From a virus (lineage: Duplodnaviria > Caudoviricetes): a stretch of 64,000 nucleotides of DNA. The number at the start of each line of letters is the position of its first letter. Position 1 is the first letter of the stretch. This document shows, piece after piece, positions 49,838 to 57,858 of the stretch. The notes under the pieces were generated by a model. The model did not search any database. It was not told the DNA's origin and worked only from the letters and a program-made list of their open reading frames with translations. The translations under genes were made by a program, and so were the position numbers. The stretch spans positions 17,936 through 81,935 of the IMG/VR virus record IMGVR_UViG_3300032312_002037; one strand, written 5' to 3'.

Positions 49838-49891
49838 GTTATTTTAGAATTTATATTTTTATTTATAAGTTCTGTAGTGGTAAAAGTTTAG

Positions 49892-50338
49892 TTAAAGAAG
49901 GAAAATTAGTAACAAAATTAAAGACACAATAGAAACTACCGGAAAAACTCTATAGTATAATCTATCATAATACATATTACTTCTGAATGGATCATTAGGT
50001 AGTGAAAATCCAATAACTATTAGGTATGAATATTTATCTACTTTTTTAATTTCATAGAAATCATACATTTCTTGTAAACCCTTTGAATCTAAATATTTAG
50101 AAATATCTGAAGAATAATCTCTAACTGATTTTTCAGCAATTAAATCAATATCAGACTTTCTTAAATTATAAGGTTCACCTATTTCTTCAACCGGAATATT
50201 AATAACATTATAAATTCTATAAGCATTATCAACTCTCGCACCAAACACTTCTTGTAATTCGGTTTTATTTAATTTCAAAACTTTTTTGAAATCTCTAAAA
50301 ATTTTTAGTTTTTTTAGAAATGAAATTTTATTAGCCAT
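49892..50338 (-). CDS. Hypothetical protein with C-terminal TM helix
   Basis: VFPVVSIVSLILLLIFLL terminus. Confidence 0.6.
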   Translation of the reverse strand: MANKISFLKKLKIFRDFKKVLKLNKTELQEVFGARVDNAYRIYNVINIPVEEIGEPYNLRKSDIDLIAEKSVRDYSSDISKYLDSKGLQEMYDFYEIKKVDKYSYLIVIGFSLPNDPFRSNMYYDRLYYRVFPVVSIVSLILLLIFLL

Positions 50339-50367
50339 ATAAATTATATAATATTTATTTAAAATGT

Positions 50368-53300
50368 TTAATCATCACCTTTAGCTCCTATATCTTCATT
50401 TTTCTTAGCCTTAGGATTTTGAATATGTTCGTCAATACTTTTCGCAGTTTTATTCATTTCTTTTAATAAAGATATGACTATATCAAGTTTCATTAGTTGT
50501 GTTTGCCCTTTACTATCTTTTGCTTGAGGTATAACTGCTGAAGATTGAGATACGGCTCCCGATTTAGATTTTACAGCAATCGGATTTTTTAAATCGTTCT
50601 TTACTTTTAATAAAGAATCAAATAAACCTTTATCACTGCCTTTTTTACCCGATAATGATGTATTGGTTAAAACACCAGTAATTGACTTAAACGATTCTAT
50701 TTTTTTAACATCCAATGTATTAATAGCCGCTGTAAAGCTTTTCACCGCTTTTGCTAATTTATCATAAGCAGTTGCTATTTTTGTAAGACCATTTGCTGCC
50801 TTAATAACAGCTTTATCACTACCGAAGTCTAATTTTTCTGATAATTTACTAAATTTAGTTAATGCACTTGACACACCATCAACCCAAGCTCCTGTAGGAT
50901 AACTTTTCCAGGCATTTCCTGCTTTTGATAATATCTTGGCAACACTAACTATAGATTCAGCAACATCGCCTAAACCACCACCAAAAAAGTCTGCTATACC
51001 ACCACCAACTACACTACCAAATGAAATACTATCCATTAATTTAGTCCATTTAGTTAAAGCTAAAGTAGTACCATTAACCCAAGAAACCGGTGGATATTTA
51101 ATAAATTTACCTTTCTGGAATATCTTATCAACTACTAAAATACTTGCAGCAACAGCAGCAATAGAAATAACACCTAATATAATTAAAGGTAGTTTTATTG
51201 AAAGGTCTACGGCAATATCTCCAACTTTTTTCACAACAGCCATAGCACCCTTTAACCAACCAGTTGATGGATATTTCTTAAACGTGCCTTTCTGAAATAC
51301 TTTATCAACTGCAAAAATAGTAGCAGCAACAGCCAATATGGCAATACTTCCTATTATGATAAGAGGTGATATAATAGCCAAACCAGCAGCAATAAGACCC
51401 ATACCTAATATAATACCAGTTGCGGCTAACACCCAAGTCATTGATGGAAACTTCTTAACATCAAAATTACCCTTAGCAAATATTAAAGATGTGGCTAGTA
51501 TTGTAGCAGCAACAACAAGAATCATTCCTAAACCAGCATAGAAGAATGGATTGAAAACTTGAGTACCTAAAAGAACAGCTCCTAAGCCAAAAGCACCCAT
51601 TGCCAAACCAACACCAAGTGCCCAACTGACCGTAGGATATTTTTTGTAACTACCTTCAGCTAAAATATATGAAGTAGCAACTATTGAAGCCGCAACAACT
51701 AAAATAAGACCAAGACCAGCGTAGAAGAATGGATTAGCAACTTGTGTTCCTAAAAGAACTGCTCCTAAACCAAAAGCTCCTAAGCTAAGAGCAACACCAA
51801 GTGCCCATTTCCAACTTGGATAATTTTTATACTTACCAACATTTAAAATTAACGAAGAAGCCATAATAACTGCCGCTAAAACAACAATAACTATACCTCC
51901 CTTAATTGCACTTGGAATAGATACACCCATTTTATTTAAAACGAAGATAGCACCACCAATAACAATAACAGCGGCGGATAAAACAATGCTAAATCCAAGA
52001 ATAGACATTAATTTTCCAAAAGGAATAGTAGTCGCCTTAGCTAATATAAATGATGATACTGTTATTGCTAAAGACATTACTGTAAATAAAGCTGGAATCA
52101 ATAAAACATCTTTCCATTTTAACTGAGATATAGCATTAGCCATTAACTTCAAACCAAATGATATAACAACAAAAACTGCGGCAATACCAATAGCTGTTAA
52201 AAACTGACTGAACTTAATAGGAACTATTTTAGAAAAAGCAACAGATGAATAAGCAATAGCATATGATATAGCAACAAACAATATAGGCAACATTATAGCA
52301 GCAGCAATTGCTTGTCCTGGACTAACGTCTTTGAAAGCTGTTAACATCTTATTTAATCCATAAGCAATAACTGTAAAAGCTATTGAAATACCAATTGCAG
52401 TAAGCATCTGTATAAATCCAACTGGTTTTACTAATTGCAAAGCATAAGAAGCCAAAGCTATACCTAAAGCAACAGCTGGAAGAACTAAAGGAAGAAATAA
52501 AACACTTTTAGCAACAGTCGCCATATTCATACCCTCAAAAGACTTCAACATCTTTCTAAGACCATAAGAAATCACAACAAAAACTATTGAAATTCCAGCC
52601 GCTGTAAGAAACTGCGCAAACCCTATTGGTTTTATAAGTTGAAATGCCCAGGAAGCAAAAGCTATACCCAAAGCTAAGGCTGGTAATATTATGACCATCG
52701 CAACTGAAGATTTTAATATTTCCATCCAAGACATACCTTTAAATGCCATCATAAACTTCTTCATTGAAGGAGCTAATAAAGCAAATGTAACCGCAATAAA
52801 TGCAGCAGTCATTGCTTTAGTAAATGATAAAGGAATTATCATACCCAATATCCAAGATGCCATTGTTATAGAAAGAGCAATAACACCAATAGCAATAAGG
52901 AAATTTTTACCATCTTCTTTAGGATTAAATCCAACTGTTTTTAATGTAGTTAAAACTTTAGAAAATCCTATAGCAAGTAAAGGAAGCGCCAAAGCCAATG
53001 CAATGACCGAAAGAAAATTAACTTTACCAACTATGTTGAAAGCGACACCTAAAGCTAATACAGCAACTGCGATAAGTAATATAACACCAATACCTTCTTT
53101 GAAAGCATTTTGTGATTTTTTATCCTTACCTAAATTTTCAACATCCGATGTTTTAGACTCTTTACCCTTTGTCTCAGCCATCTTCATAATTGTTTGCTGA
53201 TTTGCTAAAATTTCTTTAGTATCTTTTTGCAAAGCCTTTACGCCTTCATTAATTTCTTTTATTTCAGTTATGAAATCACCACCTTGTAAAGCTTTTGTAG

Positions 53301-53397
53301 TAGCAGAACTTGACTCGCCTTTATCAGCAAGTGCTTGTGCTATATCTCCAAGAGCTACAGATAAATTATTTAAAGCATCAAGTAATTTCTTATCCAT
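50368..53397 (-). CDS. Tape measure protein
   Basis: 1009 aa, charged helical termini, and a long hydrophobic Ala/Gly/Ile/Leu repeat region with recurring KYPxxxW. Confidence 0.7.
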   Translation of the reverse strand: MDKKLLDALNNLSVALGDIAQALADKGESSSATTKALQGGDFITEIKEINEGVKALQKDTKEILANQQTIMKMAETKGKESKTSDVENLGKDKKSQNAFKEGIGVILLIAVAVLALGVAFNIVGKVNFLSVIALALALPLLAIGFSKVLTTLKTVGFNPKEDGKNFLIAIGVIALSITMASWILGMIIPLSFTKAMTAAFIAVTFALLAPSMKKFMMAFKGMSWMEILKSSVAMVIILPALALGIAFASWAFQLIKPIGFAQFLTAAGISIVFVVISYGLRKMLKSFEGMNMATVAKSVLFLPLVLPAVALGIALASYALQLVKPVGFIQMLTAIGISIAFTVIAYGLNKMLTAFKDVSPGQAIAAAIMLPILFVAISYAIAYSSVAFSKIVPIKFSQFLTAIGIAAVFVVISFGLKLMANAISQLKWKDVLLIPALFTVMSLAITVSSFILAKATTIPFGKLMSILGFSIVLSAAVIVIGGAIFVLNKMGVSIPSAIKGGIVIVVLAAVIMASSLILNVGKYKNYPSWKWALGVALSLGAFGLGAVLLGTQVANPFFYAGLGLILVVAASIVATSYILAEGSYKKYPTVSWALGVGLAMGAFGLGAVLLGTQVFNPFFYAGLGMILVVAATILATSLIFAKGNFDVKKFPSMTWVLAATGIILGMGLIAAGLAIISPLIIIGSIAILAVAATIFAVDKVFQKGTFKKYPSTGWLKGAMAVVKKVGDIAVDLSIKLPLIILGVISIAAVAASILVVDKIFQKGKFIKYPPVSWVNGTTLALTKWTKLMDSISFGSVVGGGIADFFGGGLGDVAESIVSVAKILSKAGNAWKSYPTGAWVDGVSSALTKFSKLSEKLDFGSDKAVIKAANGLTKIATAYDKLAKAVKSFTAAINTLDVKKIESFKSITGVLTNTSLSGKKGSDKGLFDSLLKVKNDLKNPIAVKSKSGAVSQSSAVIPQAKDSKGQTQLMKLDIVISLLKEMNKTAKSIDEHIQNPKAKKNEDIGAKGDD

Positions 53398-53478
53398 CTA
53401 TTTAATGTAATTTTACAATGTATATATAAAATAAACAAATACTTCTTAATATATAAAACAATAAAGTAGTATATTTGT

Positions 53479-53934
53479 ATGAAGAAAATTGAAAGGTTTA
53501 TAAAATATTATTTATTAAACGAATCTGTTAAAGATATGGAACTAAATAAGATAAGAGTTAAAGTTTCTAAAAAGAAAACTTTAACTAAAAGAGAACATGA
53601 TTTCCTAGAGTTGTACCAAGCTACAAAGAAGGAAGATATGAAAGATTATTTATATCTTTCTAAAAATACTACTTTTTCTAAAATTTTAGAACTTATTGAA
53701 AGTAAAGTTAAAGTTATCTGTAACTTACACGATAGAAATGGTAAATTTGGTATGGAAATAGTTAAAATCGAAAACAATTTTGAGGAAGAAACTTGTAAAA
53801 TAACTATGATTCACGATGAACATCATAAATTACATGATAGGTTTCTTTATAATTTAATATATAATACAAAGAAAAGAGAATATTCACTAGAAGAACAAGA
53901 TGAATATTTTGAAAAAATAGAAGCAAAAAAATGA
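53479..53934 (+). CDS. Hypothetical protein with leader ending LLNES
   Basis: Late box at 53448-53455. Confidence 0.65.
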   Translation: MKKIERFIKYYLLNESVKDMELNKIRVKVSKKKTLTKREHDFLELYQATKKEDMKDYLYLSKNTTFSKILELIESKVKVICNLHDRNGKFGMEIVKIENNFEEETCKITMIHDEHHKLHDRFLYNLIYNTKKREYSLEEQDEYFEKIEAKK

Positions 53935-54200
53935 TTAAATCATTCAAACAGTTTAACGAAGAAATATCTGGTACTGAACTAGTAGGTCCTGTAGGACCAG
54001 CATATGGCGAAACAGGACTACAGAATAAAACTGTTACCTTTCATGATACAAATGTGATATTATCAGAATTAGATAATAGATTCTATACAATAGATGAATA
54101 TAATAACATTTATAGTGATTATTTAAAAGTGGGCGGAAAGCCATTAGACGGATTTAACAGAGAAAACTTAGATACTGTTATTTCTTTTATGAACGATTAA
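53931..54200 (+). CDS. Small protein with MIKSFKQFNEE leader
   Basis: ATGA overlap with the upstream gene. Confidence 0.65.
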   Translation: MIKSFKQFNEEISGTELVGPVGPAYGETGLQNKTVTFHDTNVILSELDNRFYTIDEYNNIYSDYLKVGGKPLDGFNRENLDTVISFMND

Positions 54201-55615
54201 GCATCAACATCAGTCACAACTAATACATCAGAAGAGTTGTAATAAGACAATCTAACAAATCCTAAAGAATTAGAGAACATGAAACAGTTATAGTTACCAT
54301 AAACATGAGTAGCTGACGTGAAATCATAACTAGAAACACCTGTTTGTATTATATTCCAATTAAAGTTATTACCAATTAAATTAGAAGAGAAAGTATCAAC
54401 TGTAGTATTTCTAGAGAAATTATTTCCAATCAAATTCTTACTAAAGTTATAACCGATACTATTATCAAAAAAGTTATCAACAATATGATTATTATAGAAG
54501 TTATCTAATATTGTATTATTCTTACATGAAGTACCAAAAACATTATTAGGTAATATAAATACATTATTAGTGATAGCTAAATAAACCTGAGAGTAATTAC
54601 CAATCTTATTATTAACACTTGATGCCTGGAATGTGTAAATCTCTTTATCATATTCATTGGCGATAGCAAGCTCATCTCCTTGTCCAAAATAAATTTCTTT
54701 ATATTGGTTATAATCACCAGTAGCAGTAGTTGAGTAAAAATCATAATTTTTACCAGAAAAACTATAGTCTTGTGCAGTGATAAAACCACCACTAAGTAAT
54801 GCAACTGAAGAAGGAATAGAACCTGTATATAAACTATCAACAACCGCAGTAAATGAACTATCAGAAGCAATACTATCTACTTTAAGTCCAATGTCATAAC
54901 CCAAGTCAGATTTAGAGTCTATTATTATAATATCACCAATAGTAAGCTCTAAATTAAACGAGGAACCAAATCCTGTAACAACACCATTTGTACAATTATA
55001 ATCTGTAATAACACCTATAAGTTGAACATTCTTTACATGATTTTGATATCTTTTAAATCTTATTGTTCTGTGGTCATAGTCTGTTCTATTTCCAAACTCG
55101 TCTATTCTTTCAGTTATTCTACCTTTAGCACTCCTATTAAGCTCTGTTCTATTCCAAGTAATATCGTACTTAATTTTATCTTTAGGAAATCCTAAATAAC
55201 CACCTGATGGAATTGATGGTTGATAAGCATCCGGAGATAAACTATTTTTTGAAGTAGCTAATACTAAAATTGGCTGATAACCCCAACCACTAGGTCTACC
55301 TTTGTTATCAACAAATGTTTTAGGGGTACCATCACAGTAAAAATCTGGTTGATCGTAAACAGAGTCAAAATCAGTAATTAAATAATACGAAGCTGTTGCA
55401 AATCCATTAGCCGTCTTTAAGGCATATAAAGCAGAATATGTTATCTCAGTAACTGGAATATAAGTTGAACCAGCACCCACAGGCAAAGAATTACCTGAAT
55501 CATCCATATAATATAAAATACCACCATCATTAAAATTACTAAAGAATTTAACATATGTTGATGCTGGAGTCGTAATTACCGAATTTGGTACTTGTTTTAA
55601 TAATATGTGAGACAT
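54197..55615 (-). CDS. Virion/tail-associated protein with C-terminal beta-helix (NxIGxxF) repeats
   Basis: DNFFDNSIGYNFSKNLIGNNFSRN...NLIGNNF repeats; late box upstream. Confidence 0.55.
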   Translation of the reverse strand: MSHILLKQVPNSVITTPASTYVKFFSNFNDGGILYYMDDSGNSLPVGAGSTYIPVTEITYSALYALKTANGFATASYYLITDFDSVYDQPDFYCDGTPKTFVDNKGRPSGWGYQPILVLATSKNSLSPDAYQPSIPSGGYLGFPKDKIKYDITWNRTELNRSAKGRITERIDEFGNRTDYDHRTIRFKRYQNHVKNVQLIGVITDYNCTNGVVTGFGSSFNLELTIGDIIIIDSKSDLGYDIGLKVDSIASDSSFTAVVDSLYTGSIPSSVALLSGGFITAQDYSFSGKNYDFYSTTATGDYNQYKEIYFGQGDELAIANEYDKEIYTFQASSVNNKIGNYSQVYLAITNNVFILPNNVFGTSCKNNTILDNFYNNHIVDNFFDNSIGYNFSKNLIGNNFSRNTTVDTFSSNLIGNNFNWNIIQTGVSSYDFTSATHVYGNYNCFMFSNSLGFVRLSYYNSSDVLVVTDVDA

Positions 55616-55652
55616 TTTACTATAATATTTTTATTAACATATATATTAAATG

Positions 55653-56318
55653 TTATGATTCACTTTTAAGAGTAATTGTAACAACAGCTGATTTACCACC
55701 AAATCTATCTTCAGTAATTTCTTTTTCTACATTAAATCTAGAAAAATCTATGCCTCTAAAAAGACCATTCCATTTTCTATCTGTGTAATCAGAGGATCCA
55801 AAACCACCATTACATCTGACAGTGATTTTTAAATTTTCTTTATCTAAATTCTTAGTCATATTATTTGTAAAATCACTCTTTGAAGCATTTGTTCTAACAG
55901 ACATTTCATTGTAAAGTTTTTGAATTGTAAATAAATCACCTTCAACTTTAGATTTTTGTATAAAAGTAACAATTATGTAATGTCTCCAATTGGTACCAAT
56001 AGAAACTTTAGCACTTTCTAAACGATTTTTAAGAGCTATTAACTCATCTAAGAAATCCCAAAATTTCTCATCAATAATTTGGTCAGTATATCCACCAGAT
56101 GGCCCTAGTTGAAAAGAGTTTCTAAAAACTATATTCATTGATTTATAACCAGAAAACTCACCATCGGTAATAACTCTTGGTGGTGAAAATGTATATTGAA
56201 CACCTAAATCTGTAATAGGAATAAGTAACTCATCCAACTCTTCTTTAGTTAAATCGGTTACATCTTCGGTAGATTCATTTAGATAATTAACAAAATTTTC
56301 AAAGTATTTTAATCTCAT
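55653..56318 (-). CDS. Hypothetical protein with MRLKYFENF...YLNES leader
   Basis: Translation; TAATG coupling. Confidence 0.65.
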   Translation of the reverse strand: MRLKYFENFVNYLNESTEDVTDLTKEELDELLIPITDLGVQYTFSPPRVITDGEFSGYKSMNIVFRNSFQLGPSGGYTDQIIDEKFWDFLDELIALKNRLESAKVSIGTNWRHYIIVTFIQKSKVEGDLFTIQKLYNEMSVRTNASKSDFTNNMTKNLDKENLKITVRCNGGFGSSDYTDRKWNGLFRGIDFSRFNVEKEITEDRFGGKSAVVTITLKSES

Positions 56319-57013
56319 TATTTATTCTTTAATTTTCTATCTAAAATTTTAGCAATATGGTCACCAATAAAGAAGTGAACGTTTTTAATTGTATCTGTTT
56401 CAAAGGTTTCAATTTCATCCATGAATTTAAATTGAAACTTATATGTATCTAACTCTTCTTCGTCTATTTTGTCTATTTTATGAATAGACATATCCATATG
56501 ATAATTATTATTAATGTTAATCTTAAAATCAAATGTTGTTTTATCACAAGGAGTTGTTTTGAACTTAGGCTCATATTCAACATCAAATATTGAATAATCA
56601 GTAATATTAGATCTTCTCATATAGTAGTTTAAGAACATCGAAGGTGCTTCAATAAAGTCGGAAAGAATTTGCAAATCCTCGCCAAAGTTTTTAGACTCAA
56701 TTATATCTTCTATTTTTTTCTTCATGTCAACCACATTTGTAAATTCAATCTTATGATAAACACAGTTGATATCATATAAGTAAATAAAAGAGTTGTCAAC
56801 TATATGTCTTTTATCTAAATCCGTCTTAAAAATGAATTTAGTGTGTATAATAGATGTATCTTGTGTTGATAAACCATGTATTGAAATAACTAATTTATAG
56901 AAGTCTTCATCTCTTGACATCTCATATACAGATTCAACTGTGTTTACTACACCTTCTTCTTCAACAAAGATATCTTTGAATACTTGTTCTATTTCTGATA
57001 TTTTAATTTCCAT
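56318..57013 (-). CDS. Hypothetical protein
   Basis: 231-aa ORF in an operon. Confidence 0.65.
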   Translation of the reverse strand: MEIKISEIEQVFKDIFVEEEGVVNTVESVYEMSRDEDFYKLVISIHGLSTQDTSIIHTKFIFKTDLDKRHIVDNSFIYLYDINCVYHKIEFTNVVDMKKKIEDIIESKNFGEDLQILSDFIEAPSMFLNYYMRRSNITDYSIFDVEYEPKFKTTPCDKTTFDFKININNNYHMDMSIHKIDKIDEEELDTYKFQFKFMDEIETFETDTIKNVHFFIGDHIAKILDRKLKNK

Positions 57014-57014
57014 A

Positions 57015-57761
57015 TTATTTAAATTGATTATCGTATGATTTTCTTTTAAGGTCGATTATTTTACCAACATATCCATTTCTTCTAAGAAACTTAAATACTA
57101 AATTACCCATTGACAACTCACCACCTTCAGATTCTAAGCCACTTTTTCTATAGTTTTTAACCTTTTCCCAAACTTTTTGAACTTTTTCAATGAAAGTATC
57201 ATATTTATCTTCATCTACTTGTTCTTCTAAATCATCAACCATCATCATAACTGATTTACCTTTCTCAGCAATCATATCTTCATCTGGTTCAAAATCAAAC
57301 TCCTCAGGTTTAACATTCCATTTGTTATTCAATAAAGAAAAAACACCTGTTGATTTATGAGGTTCCGACACATCTTGAATATAAACTTCAACCTCATAGC
57401 CCTTTATCTTAATATCATGTTCTTTATTCCAAACAGACTTAGCACTATCAACATACTTTTTAACTAATTCAACAGCATCATTTACATTAGTAAAATCTAT
57501 TAGAATATGTAAGTCATAATCTGAGTATTTTTCAGACCAATTGTAATTAGCCAAAGAACCAGTTAAAACAATATCTTCAACGTCGGCTTCTAAATCAGTA
57601 GAAGCATAAAAGTCTTGAGCGATTTTTAATAAATCTTCTCTAACCTCATCATCAATCTTAAAATCATCCCATATTTTAGGATTAAGCTCGTCTTTAACTC
57701 GAAATGACTTAGACGCTTCTAGGTCTTGTTGATTGAATTCAAAATATTTTACAAGTTTCAT
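57015..57761 (-). CDS. Pol-beta-superfamily nucleotidyltransferase with MKLVKYFEF leader
   Basis: DIVLTGSLANYNW...YSDYDLHIL (GS + DxD) and VEVYIQD. Start set to the ATG at 57761. Confidence 0.7.
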   Translation of the reverse strand: MKLVKYFEFNQQDLEASKSFRVKDELNPKIWDDFKIDDEVREDLLKIAQDFYASTDLEADVEDIVLTGSLANYNWSEKYSDYDLHILIDFTNVNDAVELVKKYVDSAKSVWNKEHDIKIKGYEVEVYIQDVSEPHKSTGVFSLLNNKWNVKPEEFDFEPDEDMIAEKGKSVMMMVDDLEEQVDEDKYDTFIEKVQKVWEKVKNYRKSGLESEGGELSMGNLVFKFLRRNGYVGKIIDLKRKSYDNQFK

Positions 57762-57858
57762 ATTGTATATATTAAATTCTATAGGCACTTTTTAATTATA
57801 GGTCATAACTTTATTCTTATTTTTAATATAATCTATAAGAAAAAATATAACTATAAAT

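Noticed and set aside
53470-53477. TATATTTG as a Bacteroidota promoter
   Set aside because: It lies 1 nt before the ATG with no -33 box, and a late box at 53448 already explains expression.
1938-57788. Track start codons at 2009, 11921, 17264, 20652, 29412, 40705, 57788 and 63578
   Set aside because: Most extend across promoters or terminators or use TTG. Better ATGs were chosen, and 63578 is internal to a longer open frame.
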